64,000 nt of DNA from Anthoceros angustus (lineage: Eukaryota; Plantae; Anthocerotophyta): assembly GCA_010909165.1 (NCBI GenBank), contig MU008166.1:744001-808000 (forward strand). Direction: 5' to 3'. The position numbers and the translations under genes were made by a program. The notes below the pieces were generated by a model. The model was given only the letters and a program-made list of their open reading frames with translations, searched no databases and was not told where the DNA came from. Shown one piece after another: positions 34,200-48,100 of this stretch. Positions within the stretch are counted from its first letter, which is position 1; each line of letters starts with the position of its first letter.

Positions 34200-36990
34200 T
34201 GTGGCATTTGTTTTGTAGCGTTGGTGGAAAATAAGATCTTTTGGGGGAGGGATCAACTCTGTTTCTAACTCTAAGTTTTAATAGGTTTTTTTTTGGTTTT
34301 TGTGTCATAGGTTTTCTGGGTTTTTGAAAATTTAGAGTTATGGTCTTTTTTGGTTTTTAAAATTACATTTTTTCTTGTTGAGGTGCCAAGGTTACAAGTT
34401 TTCTTCTTTTTGAGGTTTTTTCCTTTCATGGTTTTTAAAATTCAAAATATTTATCGTTTTTAAAGTTTTTGAATTTAGACTATTCTTATGATGAGTGGTC
34501 AGTGATTGATGGTTCAAACTTTATGAAGGAGAAGAAGGGTTACATGATACTAATTATTTTTATTTATTATAGATGTCTTTCTTAAATCATGGGTGTTTAG
34601 GTGATAGTTCCATACCTTAATGAAGGTGTTGGTAATATTCATATAATGCGCAATAATGGAATGACCAGGTCTTACCGTAGTGTTTTGTATGTTTAGGGTT
34701 TTGTGTTATTCGTGCTAGCTATGCGTGTGCTTGGTTTGGTTGTTGGGTTTTTGAAAATTTAGAGTTATGGTCTTTTTTGGTTTTTAAAATTACATTTTTT
34801 CTTGTTGAGGTGCCAAGGTTACAAGTTTTCTTCTTTTTGAGGTTTTTTCCTTTCATGGTTTTTAAAATTCAAAATATTTATCGTTTTTAAAGTTTTTGAA
34901 TTTAGACTATTCTTATGATGAGTGGTCAGTGATTGATGGTTCAAACTTTATGAAGGAGAAGAAGGGTTACATGATACTAATTATTTTTATTTATTATAGA
35001 TGTCTTTCTTAAATCATGGGTGTTTAGGTGATAGTTCCATACCTTAATGAAGGTGTTGGTAATATTCATATAATGCGCAATAATGGAATGACCAGGTCTT
35101 ACCGTAGTGTTTTGTATGTTTAGGGTTTTGTGTTATTCGTGCTAGCTATGCGTGTGCTTGGTTTGGTTGTTGGGTTTTTAGCTTGGAGAGTGTACTATTT
35201 GACATGCTCATAGGTAGTCATCATGTTGTTGCCATAGGTATTTTCTAGGATGAATGTTGCCATTGGTATTTTCTAAGATGGATGTTGCCATTGGTATTTT
35301 CTAGGATGGATTATCTAAGCCGAAGTACTCTAAAGAATAGATGCATTTACCTTATTTTTGATCAAATGTGTAGTTTGTTTGGGTCATAATTATGGATCTT
35401 CTTGGGTTCCTTGTAGATGTTTCTAGGATCAAGTGCACGGTTTTGTAGGAGTATATTCTTACAAATTATCATTAACAGGTATTTCTACATTTTTGGTAAT
35501 TATGGTTGAGAGGTTTTTTTCTTTGTGCATATTTCCTAAGATTTGAGTTGTAATTGGTCTTGTTCATTCATATATATGTAATGAAGTTGGCTATATGTGT
35601 TTATAAATACACCGCAAGTAGAGGGCCGTGGATTCGCCAAATGTTCAATACATGTCCTTTATGCACATGCTTGTCTAAATGCGGTGTTCTTACAAAATTG
35701 TCTCTTAATTGTGCCTCTTTGGCTTAAGCCAAATGGACACACATTTAGAAGAACACCGCTTGTTAAGCTAGATGGGTATTTCGATGGGTCTCCATAGAGA
35801 CGTGGATGCCTTTGCTGCAAGTAGCTTAGGCACACCATGAGAACTGTTAAGGACTCCTCACACATGGGGTGATGGTAGGCCTAAGGCAGGATAATACCTT
35901 TATGACACTACCACCTCCTGCATTGGACAGTAGAAACGTGAGGGGACACTGTGTGACAGTAGAAACATGAGGGGACATGGTCTACTTCCAACACATTGTG
36001 GGGACCTCATTGATGAGAGCTCGAGGCCTTTCAGCAACGGCATGCAATCATTCGTATGTTAGACGTCCATTCGATGTAAGCACACTGCTCAGCTGCTCAT
36101 TACCAAGACACACTGACATAGGGAATTAGCACCCACGGACATCTGGCTGCTACTTGGTCACACAACTTGGGTTAGCTGCTCAGCCGTTATAACGGACAAG
36201 GGAAACTCCTGCACAAATAGTCACCTTCTGTAGCACACACACACCAATTTCTGTAGCACACACACACAGGTTAGTGATCAACATCAAACCAACGTAGGGG
36301 CCTGAACAATGGAGCTCATACGCTCTGCAGTGGCATGAAGGGCATGCCCTTGCATTGCGGATGCGTCCTTGCTAATCCCATTTTGGATCCCCCTTACCAC
36401 CTCCTTGCCTTCAGGTCCTCCCGCTCGCTTTGGCTCAATATTGACCCACAGGCTTCTTTTTGCTGGCTTTCTCAAGCTGCCAACTGGCTTAGAAGACTCG
36501 AGTTTGAACCTTTTAGACTCCCTGCTTGGCCCTCTCCCTCCTCCCAACTCCCCCTTTCTCACATCCCTCCAACCACTCCATTCGCAGGACCCTCAAATTA
36601 AAATACCTTCGCCTCACCTGGTCCCCTCTTTCCTTTTCCTCCCCTCTCACTTCTAGACTCCGCTTTTACAAAGACGAGCTCCGAGTTAATCCTCCCTCTG
36701 GTAAATTTCCTACCCTGCCCTGCTACTCAGTTCCCCCTATCCTTCAAACTCCGCACACTCATAGGTCAATTTCGTGTTTGCTCCCACCACCTCCAGATTG
36801 AGACCGACCGTTGGCTCAAGCCTACCCCTTCCCAAGACGAAAGGATCTGCAAGCTTTGCTCCTTGGACCCCGAATCACTCACACTTCCTCTTTATTGTCC
36901 CGCCTATGCCGATATTCGGTCTCACATTTCTTTTTAGTGTGTCGGCTTCACAAGTATTTTCTCTTTCCACATTCCTAGGCTCTCGGACTA
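34200..36990 (+). mobile_element. Degraded non-LTR retrotransposon (LINE) ORF2 remnant
   Basis: C-terminal CCHC region GQFRVCSHHLQIETDRW...ERICKLC...E...HFL..CPAYADIR (about 36750-36925). Faint RT-like VIVP...G..YR relics near 34600-34720. The 5' boundary is uncertain. Confidence 0.7.
34317..35179. repeat. Near-exact 427-bp tandem duplication
   Basis: TGGGTTTTT-bounded units start at 34317 and 34744, with the microhomology repeated at 35171. Confidence 0.95.
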
Positions 36991-37016
36991 TGTCTCTGAG
37001 CTTCTTGATCTTCGCA

Positions 37017-37476
37017 GCCTTGTTGGACTCCTTGTAGTCTTCGCCTTCTTCTCTGCCTCATTTAATAACCGCTTCTTTAGTTCGATGTACGTAAGTATAC
37101 TCGGATTTTAATCTCTTTTACGCAGTACTATCTTTGTCCATGATGGTCCTTCCATCCTTAGCGGACATAAATAGCCTATGTAGCGTTGCCCCTTCACCTA
37201 CATGCCATCTACAGAAATGCTCATAGAAAACAGCCCGAAGTCGCTTCACACTGCTCCGCTCACTTCTCCCACACAATGCCGAAGTCCCATGATGAAAAAT
37301 TCCGTCCAAGTGCACTATAATAAACTCTTCTCTTTCTTGTAAAGGTTGAGAAAGTAAGTACCTTGATCACCTTTCTGACAAGCCTCACGCCAATTCCGAC
37401 ACACCAATTTTACGCAAGGTGGAATTTCCTATTCGATACATCCCGATTCAACTCCCCGCCTCGCCGCCACCGCCAT
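37017..37476 (-). pseudogene. F-box gene fragment in the array (further copies with ATG at 50584 and 58407)
   Basis: MAVA...ELNRDV...VKLVCRNWREAC (F-box VCxxW motif), homologous to 25813-25700. Confidence 0.6.
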
Positions 37477-37927
37477 TCTCCCTCCTCCATGTCGTTGCCA
37501 AATCACCATGAGCAAGCACAAGTGCTTCAAAACATCATAGCTACACTACTTCGTAAGACATTCAAAGAAATGGTTTCAGACTCTTCCTCTTCCTCTCCAA
37601 AGGGCGATAGATAACGCAAGGGAAACAACATATATGCGAAAGGCAATCAGCTTGTATCTTCCACTCATCCGAGAAATAGCACACAAGATGTACACGACGC
37701 CTGAGGCCACTCGGCTTCTCCAAGCTCAAGAGGCATTGGGAAAGCATTTTGAAAAACCGATAGTTAGTACTGCCATGCGGATGCGCAATCGATTCAAGGA
37801 AGTTTATTCCCGGCCGTGTCGAGCTTGAAACTCTTCGAGGCTCCTCAGTTGGGAGAGGACCTGCCTTTTGCCGGGCATATGTACCATCGAGGCCGAGGAG
37901 GTTCGTGGTCCCAAAGGGCTTGACGCC

Positions 37928-38012
37928 ATGGAGATTGTTTGCGGCCGATGTCTTCTGCCTTGCCGCTCTTCGTGCAGAGGCCGAGGACCAGCAGGGTGCG
38001 CTGATGGAGGAA
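37928..38012 (+). pseudogene. 5' stub of a Uma2-ankyrin family gene (MEIVCGRC...), truncated by Gypsy-derived sequence. Other copies have ATG at 39282, 51046 and 58847.
   Basis: CCCAAAGGGCTTGACGCCATG context and the upstream 450 bp or so match genes A and B. Homology stops in the first repeat unit. Confidence 0.85.
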
Positions 38013-38235
38013 CCGTTAGAAATCTATAGGATTGGTGCAACACATCACATATCGAGTTATGAGTATAAGTCCTAGAAGTATACAGATCATCCCAGAGCGA
38101 GGTAGGGTTTCATACTATCGAGAGTATGACAAGGGCAAGGCTATATATGTGTGCATAGCACACCATTTTTAATGTAATCAACTTGGGACTTACTATTTTC
38201 TAACATAGTAACTGCTTTCTAACTTTGACAGGGGA

Positions 38236-38780
38236 TGGCATCCGCCAGGCCCCTCCTCAACAAGTGGATCTGCAGGAGTTGACAGCCATGATTCGGGCTC
38301 AGTCGGACATGCTGGACCAGGCTGCGTTGGCACTCACCTGGCTCAGTGTGCAGGGGCGACGAGAGGAAGTGGTGAAGGCTAAATTCGATGAGGAGGAGGC
38401 TAGGCGAAAACAGTTGGAGGAAGACAAGCAGGCACTGGAGGAGGTGAGGATCAAAATCCAGGAGGATTTACGCAAGGCCCGGGAGGAGTTACAGTCCATG
38501 ACGAGTCAGCAGGAATCGCTCATGGCTCAGATCAAGGATGCCCATGAAGCAAATCGAGATGCTGAGAACTGCTGCAGCCCAAGAGCAAGAGGTAGCCTCT
38601 GGAGAAGGTCCGTGGCCAGTACAAGGAGCGAGGGCGACGAGGCCGAGCCGAAGGAGAGGGGAAAAGGGAAGAGGAGCAACAGTCCACGATCGAGGTAGTA
38701 GAAGCCACTAATGAAGGAGAGACGATCATGAGCGTAAACCCCTACCATGGTCGTGGAACAAACGACCCGTGGAGTCTACT
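38236..38780 (+). pseudogene. Gypsy-associated extra coiled-coil ORF (copies near 39590-40720, 51350-52560, 59160-60330, and a stub at 62560)
   Basis: PQQVDLQELTAMIRAQSD...EEVVKAKFDEEEARRKQLEEDK. At 62560 it begins about 350 bp after the integrase stop. Confidence 0.6.
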
Positions 38781-41499
38781 ACCGGGTAGCGGAAATCCCC
38801 ACCGACGTTGGAGAACCCGCCTCGCCGCCACACCATTCTCCCTCCTCCATGTCGTTGCCAAATCGCATGAGCAAGCACAAGTGCTTCAAAACATCATAGC
38901 TACACTACTTCGTAAGACATTCAAAGAAATGGTTTCCGACTTCCCTCTTCCCTCTCCAAAGGGCGATAGATAACGCAAGGGAAACAACATATATGCGAAA
39001 GGCAATCAGCTTGTATCTTCCACTCATCCGAGAAATAGCACACAAGATGTACACGACGCCTCGAGGCCACTCGGCTTCAAGCTCAAGAGGCATTGGGAAA
39101 GCATTTTGAAAAACCGATAGTTAGTACTGCCATCATGGATGCGAATCGATTCAAGGAAGTTTATTCCCTGTGTCGAGCTTGAAACTCTTCGAGGCTCCTC
39201 GGGATTGGGAGAGGACCTGCCTTTTGCGGCATATGTACCATCGAGGCCGAGGAGGTTCGTGGTCCCAAAGGGCTTGACGCCATGGAGATTGTTTGCGGCC
39301 GATGTCTTCTGCCTTGCCGCTCTTCGTGCAGAGGCCGAGGACCAGCAAGGTCGTGCGCCCGATGGAGGAACCGTTAGAAATCTATAGGATTGGTGCAACA
39401 CATCACATATCGAGTTATGAGTATAAGTCCTAGAAGTATACAGATCATCCCAGAGCGAGGTAGGGTTTCATACTATCGAGAGTATGACAAGGGCAAGGCT
39501 ATATATGTGTGCATAGCACACCATTTTTAATGTAATCAACTTGGGACTTACTATTTTCTAACATAACTGCTTTCTAACTTTGACAGGGGATGGCATCCCG
39601 GCCCCTCCTCAACAAGTGGATCCGCAGGAGTTGACAGCCATGATCTCGGCTCACGGACATGTTGGACCAAGCTGCTTGGCACTCACCGCCCGTATGGAGG
39701 TGCGACGAGAGGAAGTGGTGAAGGCTAAATTGAAGGAGGAGGAGGCGAAACAATTGGAGGAAGACAAGCAGCATCGGAGGAGGTGAGGATCAAAATCCAG
39801 GAGGATTTACGCAAGGCCCGGAGGAGTTATCCATGACGAGTCACAGGAATCGCCATGGCTCGATTAAGGATGCCCATGAAGCAAATCGAGATGGGAGAAC
39901 TGCCAGGCCCAAGAGCAAGAGGTAGCCTGGAGAAGGTCCGGTTGGCAGGTACAAGCGGGAACTAGACGAGGCCGAGGAAGGAGAGGGGAAAAGGAAGAGG
40001 AGCAACAGTCCACGATCGAGGTAGTAGAAGCCACCACCGAATGAAGGAGAGACGATCATGAGCGTAAACCCCTACCATGGTCGTGGAACAAACGATCGTG
40101 GAGTCTACTACCGGGTAGCGGAAATCCCCACCGACGTTGGAGAACCCTCCGAGGCAACCATGAGCGGCGCAAGAGGAGGCAACGTGGCATCCTTCAAGGC
40201 ATGGTTCAAAGGTGGGTAGTCCACGGAGGAGGGGGGGTAAGCACCTCATCTGCAGCAGGAGGTCATATTATGTTGCGGCACATGGATGAGGGATCTTATG
40301 TTCCCCGGTCTCTATGTGAATGGGGAACGCGTGCTTAACCTTACTATCCATGTGCGTGTGGGAATAGGAGGGACTGTGGCTTACCTTCGCAAGTGAGGAC
40401 TTGAAGTGGATGGTTCTTCCACCGTGCTCGGGTAGGGGGTTGACTGCTAGACTGAGGCGCCTTGAAGGAGCTTACGGAGGAGGAAGCCCAGCATGGGTGG
40501 AAGAGGGGCCGATCGATTCTCAAAGCAGGCAAGCAAGGGTGGATGGAGCTCAGAATGTGACACACCGCGATTAGGTGCGAGGAGTCGACCAGCAGGAAGC
40601 GAGGTGGAGATTTTATGGGAGGATTTACCATTAGCGACGAGGAAGGAGGGTCCATGGATTCGGCAGCAGAGAACGAAGGGCCAGCGACGGAGGAGGGCGG
40701 AGATAACGAGATGTGAGTAGTGGCATCCTAGGAATAGAACTTTGATAGGATTAGGTAGGATGCCATCCCGGACCTAAGGCCGTCCGAAATTGTAGGGCGC
40801 CTCTTCGCTCAAATGCTTAGGACTGGATATTCGGTGGGCTATGACGCCCATGTATAAAGGGGCTTGGCTTGTGCCTCACATCGATAATTCCTCGGTTGAG
40901 ATCCCCACGCCTGCGTGGTTGGAGACGGCCGATCGACGGAGGTGGTGTGCGCGAGACACCCTATGGGTGGTCGAGAGCTTGCTCCGCAACCGGTGGGAGG
41001 AGGGTGATGGAGCGCTCCTCTCTGACAACGGAGGAGGAAATTGAGGGATTGGTGCGCGGCGGGTCTCGGAGCTTGCTTGTAACGCCCGCCAGACGCCCGA
41101 GAATTCTTCTTTCCCTTACCCTTTGCCCGCTGGTTGTGTTCCAAAATTAAGAGAGTGTGTGTGTATGGGTGGGCATGGGCGAAAGTTTGAGGTGCTTTAT
41201 GGAAGCGCTTTGATCAAAGTTTAGTGCTTTACTAATTGATACAATTGATTAAAAGAGGTGGGCTTTTATAGCCTATGTATGAAGAGTTGTACCTCTTCGA
41301 CAAGATACCAAAGGGTATGACCACGCGGGTTAAGCTAAGCTAGCCATAACCAACGCGGGTCTGCATTTCTAACTCCCTCTCACTAGTTGGGTTATCTAAA
41401 TCAAAGAACTAATAGTCATTTGTCACCGGAGTATTGTATAGAGTTCTCGAATCGCGTAAATATTTGAGTTCTCGAATCGGCAGATCCCCTGACCTTCGA

Positions 41500-42163
41500 G
41501 GCAACAACAAGATGCCTTCGCATTATTCAGATCCATTTGTCCGCCACGTAGATGCCTTATATCAAGCGGACCGGATGGAAGAGAAAGCCAGGGTAATAGA
41601 TGCCAGATTCCTCGCTGGTTGTCTGCTTGCACGACGGAGAAGCCGGAGGACATTTCGCCGCACATCACTTGCAGGAAAATTCTTGAAACAGGTATTGGTG
41701 GTCGAGCATGCATCAGATGCTGTGGAGTTTGTGAACGTTAGACGCCCGCCAGGGTTGGCAAACCCTCCGCCACAACCCAATGGCCATTGGTCCCAATCTC
41801 GCACCGCCCCATTCAAAAATGGGGCATAGACTTTGTTGGCCCCATCCACCCAAGACGAGGAGCCGCCAAAATCAAGACATCCCGGGTTGCCACCGACTAT
41901 TGCACGCGATGGTGGAGGCGCAGCCCTCCAGCCGACATGTTGTGGCCAGTTTGTCTATGAGCAGATTATTGCCCGCTACGGATGCCCCTAGAGCTTGTCA
42001 GCCGAGGGGTCGACTTTGTAAATGAGGTCATTTCTCATATGACGGTCTACTTCAACGCTCGCCACGTGAAAATAACTCCTTATAATCCGGCCAACGGTTG
42101 ACGGAGAGGGCAAACGGGCTCTTATGTGAGATCCTCGAACAAACTTACGGTGGAATATGCATA
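41500..42163 (+). pseudogene. Gypsy integrase, 5' half, interrupted
   Basis: AGGHF, KWGIDFVGP, IIARYGCP, TPYNP..NG..ERANG. It ends at ...VEYA where a TG-starting element begins. Confidence 0.9.
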
Positions 42164-45100
42164 TGTGGGCTACTGACTTCCTTGGGGGTTAAGAACAAGT
42201 AGGGTTTTGTTTTTCAGTAGGATCGGAGGATAAATAAGGCGGAAAAGGAGGAATAAGCATGGATAGCACCTGGATCGACTGAGTATACTCCGACTGAGTG
42301 GGCAACGTACCCGGACCTACTATGGCAGGCACCGGACTACGTCGGGGTAACGGGATAAGTCCGGACCCACTCCAGGTCCAAGCAGGATAAGTACGCCAGG
42401 GAAAGTAACTTAGAAGTTGAGCCGTGAGGACGGACTAGGCGGCGCCACGTGGACGGCCCTGAGTGGAGGTCGGGCATGCAGCTGGCCAGACCGACCTGCT
42501 GGGGCCGCAGGCGGTGTATTCACGCCCGCGGACGCGCGCGCGTAAGGCGAGTACGCGGCGCGTAAGGCCGTGCAAGCGGAGGCATAAGGTCATAATAAGC
42601 CATGCACTCGCGCTACGACAGGAAGAGGCGCCTTCCCGCCTGGGCCGTTACTCCCAAAGGCGTCAAGGGGAAGGTCTGGCCGCACCGAGACACCTCGCAG
42701 CCTCTGCGCCCGCAACCCGGCTCGCTATCTCTTGAGCGCCCAAGCACCTTCGAGCGTGGTTCACCGCCGGGGTTGGAGCAACGAACGCGAGGAGATCGCG
42801 GCCGAACTCCGGCCGCGCCAGCAACAAGGGGAGACGAAGGCGATGGCACCCAAAAAGCCTGCGGAGGTTTGGGAGCCATGGAACCTCGGAGCGCAACATT
42901 GTGACCCGCTATCCGGACTTTGGGCCCGGCCGGAGGAAGCGGGAGAATTAGTGAGGAGTGGCACTGGATGTGTTCCCGGTCCGACGCTCGACTCACCGTC
43001 CGGAGTTCGCCTCAAGATGTTGGCGGTCAACAAGGAGGTTCGGTCCAAGAACCTCCGGGAGGACCCGAGGCGATGGACCTTGGAGGCGGAAGAGGCGCCT
43101 ACAACCGCCCAAAGGAGGAAGAAGGGGTGTGGTGCGAGCCCCTCAAGGCGAAGGGAAGATAGGGCCGCAACGCGTCCGAGGCTCGAACGCAGAGGACAAC
43201 CAACGGTTGACGGAGAGGCAAACGGGCTCTTATGTGATCCCGAACAAACTTACGGTGGAATATGCATATGTGGGCTACGGACTTTGGGGGTTAAGAAATA
43301 AGTAGGGTTTTGTTTTTTAGGATCGGAGGATAAATAAGGCGGAAAAGAAGGAATAAGCATGGATAGCACTCGGACTCGAGTATACTCGGGGAGTGGGCAA
43401 CCCCCGGACCTACTATGGCACCGGACTACGTCGGGAGTAGCAGGATAAGTCCGGACCCACTCCGTCAAAACATGATAAATGCGAGAAAGTAACTTAGAAG
43501 TTGAGCCGTGAGGACAAACTAGGCGCCACGTGGATGACCCGAGTGGAGGTCGGGCATCACGGCGGCAGGCCGTAGCCGGGGCCGTTATAGCGGTATTCAC
43601 GCCCATGCGCAGGCCGTGCAGCGTAAGGCGAGTAAGCGGAGGCATAAGGTCATAATAAGCCATCCTCTGGCGATTCTGTGACGAGAAAAGGCGCCTTCCG
43701 CCCGGTTACTCCCAAAGGCGCGGCGAAGGGAAGGTCATTTCTGCACCTCGAGACAATTCTCGCGGTCTCTTGCGCTCGCAACCCGGCTCTGGCGCTATCT
43801 CTTTGAGCGCCCAAGCACCTTCGAGCGTGGTTCCCCGGGGTTGGAGCGAGCGGAGGCGGCGCCTCGTGCCGGCGAACTCGGTCGGCAAGGGAGACGAGGC
43901 GGCGATGGCACCCAAAAACTGCGGAGGTTTGGGAGCCATGGAACCTCGTAGCGCAACATTGTGACCGGCGCTATCCGGACTTTGGGCCCTGGCGGAGGCG
44001 GGAGAATTAGTGAGAGTGGCACTGGATGTGTTCAGGTCGGGCGTTCGGCATCACTCTGGTCGGGAGTTCGCCGGAAGATGTTGGCGGTCAACAAGGAGGT
44101 TCGGTCCAAGAACCTCCGGGAGGACCCGAGGCGATGGACCTTGGAGGTGAGGCGGCCTACGCCCAAAGGAGGAAGAAGGGGTGTGGTGCGAGCCCCTCAA
44201 GGCGAAGGGAAGATAGGGCGCACGTGGCGATCTTGAGACAGGGGCAGAGGACAACCAGCGGTGGTTGATATTGACCTTGGACGGTCGAGTAAGAGTAGCC
44301 GGATCATTATCCATTGGAACACTCTCACCAAGGTGGATCACCTTGGTGATAACTCGCTGGTATTCTCGCATGCGCACAAGGGAAGAGGCGGGGAAGGATT
44401 ATCTTCGCCTGGGCCGTGAGGCCGCAAGCTGGAGCGAGAAGCCTCATTCGGGCGCCCCATACCGATCCATGTATGGGGACATTTCGAGCTCCCAAGGAGG
44501 GAGAGCTTGAGCGGCGCCGGGACGGAGGCCCCGCCGAAGTGGAGCGCAAGGGCGCCCGAGGTGGGGCCGACCAAGGCCAAAGCGGACCGGGAGGAGGACG
44601 ATCGAGGGAATTCTGACTCCATACGTCCGAACGGACCCCTCACCACCTGTGGAAGTATGGGAGGAAATCCCGCCTCCTCCCCTCCTGTGAGCCAAAGCAG
44701 AGGCGGCCCCGACCCAATAGCCCACCCACCACCACAACCACCATGACCGGACCCGAGGGAACCAAGAGACGCAAGACATTTTACCAACGCAAAGACCTCG
44801 TGACGGTGCCAAGACTCTACCCCCACCTGAGTGGCAGCGAGGCGAAGGAGGGCGAAGGGACGCCAGGAGTGGAGGTCACCGGCAGCCTGCACTCGAGCCG
44901 GGTCCTGCCTCCGATGAAGAGGCAAAAGGGCTTGCTCCGGACCCCTCACCTCCTCCGAGCCCTGTGAGAAAAAGGAGCGCCAAAGGGCCAAGGAGGGTGA
45001 AGCCCGAGCCAGACTGTGACCTAAGGGTCTGATTAGGTCCGAGAACCCACCGACTTACTCGGACTATGGAGGTCCGGATCTGAAATGCCGCCTCCCACTA

Positions 45101-48100
45101 CGGACTTTGTGGGAGCCTCACTCGGCCGTGGAAGAAACACGGCCTGCCACCGGGCCATGGACTTTGGGGTCTCGCATGGATGGCCGAGAAGACCCGGAGG
45201 TAGAAGCCACCCGGGCGTATGGTACTCCTCCGGGAGGCGGTTGGAGGGGCCGAGGCAAGGAGGAAGGCCAAGCCTCGGCCGAATTGAGGAAGGGAAACGC
45301 CGGAGGCCGAGAGGAAGTCCGTCCATTCGCAAGGACGGACTAAATTCCTTCACTGGGAGGAGCAAATGAAGCTAAGGAGGCCAAGCGGGCCGAGGACCTG
45401 CAGTGAGAGGGGTAGCGCAGCAGGAGGCGGAAGAGGCCGAGGAGGCGGAAGAGGCAAAAGGGCCAAGGAGGGAGGCGGCCCCGACCAGACCAGAGCCAAG
45501 CGAGAAGCCTGTGAAGGTGGCCAAGGAGGAAGGCCAAGCCACGAATCACCGATCACTATCGGCGTGATCAAACCGTGGGAGGGAGGCGGAAGGAGCTCGC
45601 GCCAAAAGGGCCAAGGAGGGAGGCGGAAGAGGCCGAGGAGGCGGAAGAGGCAAAAGGGCCAAGGAGGCGAGAAGACCCGGAAATCGGGGACCCTGTGGCG
45701 CAGGAGGTAGAAGGGAGGCGGAAGGAGCTCGCGACAAGGAGATGGAAGACCGCAAGGAGACCTTGGAGTTACAACTCCAAGACGCTGGAGCAAGCAAGGG
45801 TTCTCAACGAGAGTCCAAGACTTCGAGTGGAGAGCGCCCAGCCTCAAGATGGAGCAGGAGGCGGCGGAGCAAGCGCCACCCAGCCTGTGAAGCTCGGGGC
45901 TCGGCCTCGGGACCTAAGGGTCTGATTAGGTCGGAGAACCCAGTCGGACTTACTCGGACTGCGGTATGGAGGTCCTGGCGGAGCGAAATGCAGCTCCCAC
46001 GGACTTTGTGGGAGCCTCACCGATGTGACGTGGAAGAAACACGGCGGTCCTACCGTCATGGACGGTATGCTTTGGGGTCTCTGGGATGGCCGAGAAGACC
46101 CGGAGGTAGAAGCCACCGGGCGTATGGTACTCCTCCGGGAGGCGGTTGGAGGGGCCGAGGCAAGGAGGAAGCTCTCGGCGGAAGGGAAACGCCGGAGGCC
46201 GAGAGGAAGTCTGGTCCATTCGCAAGGACGGACTAAATTCCTTCAGTGGAGGCGGTGAGCGAGCTAAGGAGGCCCAGTGAGGACCTCTGCGAGGAGGGTG
46301 GCCGAGGAGGCGGAAGAGGCCGGGCGCAAGCGGAGGGCTCGGGACACAGGCGACTAGACCCGAGCCAAGCTGGAGAAGCCCAGTGAAGGTGGCTAGGAGG
46401 CGGAAGCCACAGCAAAGCGGCCGCGATCACTATCGGCGTGATCAGCCGGTGGAGGGAGGCGGAAGAGGCAAAAGGGCCAAGGAGGCGAGAAGACCCGGAG
46501 GTAGAAGGGAGGCGGAAGAGGCCGGCACCGGGAAATCGGGACCTCGGCGCATGCGGGAGGTAGAAGGGAGGCGCGGAGGCTGGAGGGCAGCAAGGACACC
46601 TTGGAGTTACAACTCCAAGGCAGCGTTGGAGCGACAAGGGTTCTCAGAGAGTCCAAGACTTGACGGGAGATAGGCGCCTCGGCTCTGCACGAAGATGGGC
46701 GGGAGGCGGCGGAGCAGCGGACCCGGCCCCGAGCTCGCGACAAGGAGATGGAGGATCTCCGACTCACCGGTGAGGTGGAGCAAAGAGCGTGAGATGGAAG
46801 ACCGCAAGGAGACCTTGAGTCAGCCCAAACTACCATTGAGAGGAATGGTAGTCTGGACGGTCGCGATCACGAACGAGAAATAGAGCGGCCCAGCTGCGAC
46901 GGAGGCCGTGACGGCGATGGAACAGGAGCGTGACGCCGAAATGGAGAAGGACTGGCGGCTGCAGCCGCAGAGAGTTGCCCGACCGTCTGGAGAGGGAGAT
47001 GGCGAGTTAATGCCGTAATGGACGGAGGCCGAGGAGGCGGAAGGGAAACGCCGGAGGCCGAGGAGGCGGAAGGGAAACGCCGGAGGCCGAGGAGGCGGCG
47101 GAGGCGGCGGAGCAAGCCGGCTGCATGGAGGTGACCGAGGCAGCCTTGCGCGTGAAGCCCCGCCCATATCAAACCCGGCAGGAGGTGGTCCAACAAGCGG
47201 GCAAAGACGCCACCCCGAGCACCTATGGCGAAGGGAGTATCGGGTGCTCCGGGCACACGTGGAAGAGGCAATTCAACAAGTGGATTCGGACTTTGCCTAT
47301 TACCACGCTGAGCTCCTGAAGGCAGTAGAAGCCTCTCAGCGCCCGCTGCAAATAGACGGACCCCTGGAAGGCTCAGAAGGGGAAGAAGGGCATGGGGACA
47401 GCACGGGGACTCTAGTGGCCCTGTTTGGAGACGACGGCAGCGGGGGAGAAGAGCCTCAAGAGGAGCGAGACGCAACGGACCTCAGGGTAAGTTCACCGCA
47501 ACCTGCTCGGGAGAAGGGAGGTGACCCCGAAGGGGCGCATGAGGAGCCAACCCGACCCAAGACAAGGGTCTGGGTAGGGATGAGGACCCAGCACGAGGTC
47601 CATGAGAGGGTCCGGAGCTTGGGAGGACCCAGAATAAGTTCGACCGAGGTCCGAACCCAGAGACGAGGCCGGACCCAGCAGACGGACTCAGAAATAAGAC
47701 TGACTCGGAGTTCTGACCGAGACCGGACCGAGGTCCGGACTCAAGAAGGAGGAGCCCCTTCGACTTACGCTTAGGGGAGCAGATAGCGGGTGGCCCCACC
47801 GAGGGGACCCACGGGAGGCTGGGGGAGGATGACGTTGTGGTAACGGCCCGCCGACCACGAGCCAACCTCGATGTGATTCCGGAGAAGGAGGGTGAAGCTC
47901 GGGGCTCGGCCTCGGGACCTAAGGGTCTGATTAGGTCGAGAACCAGTCAGGACTTACTCGGGCTGATGGAGGTCCACAGCGGACATGAAATGCCGCCCCA
48001 CTACGGACTTTGTGGGAGCCTCACGTGGCCGTGGAAGAAACACCGGCGGGTCACAGCTACCGTCATGGACGGTATGCTTTGGGGTCTCTGGGATGGCCGA

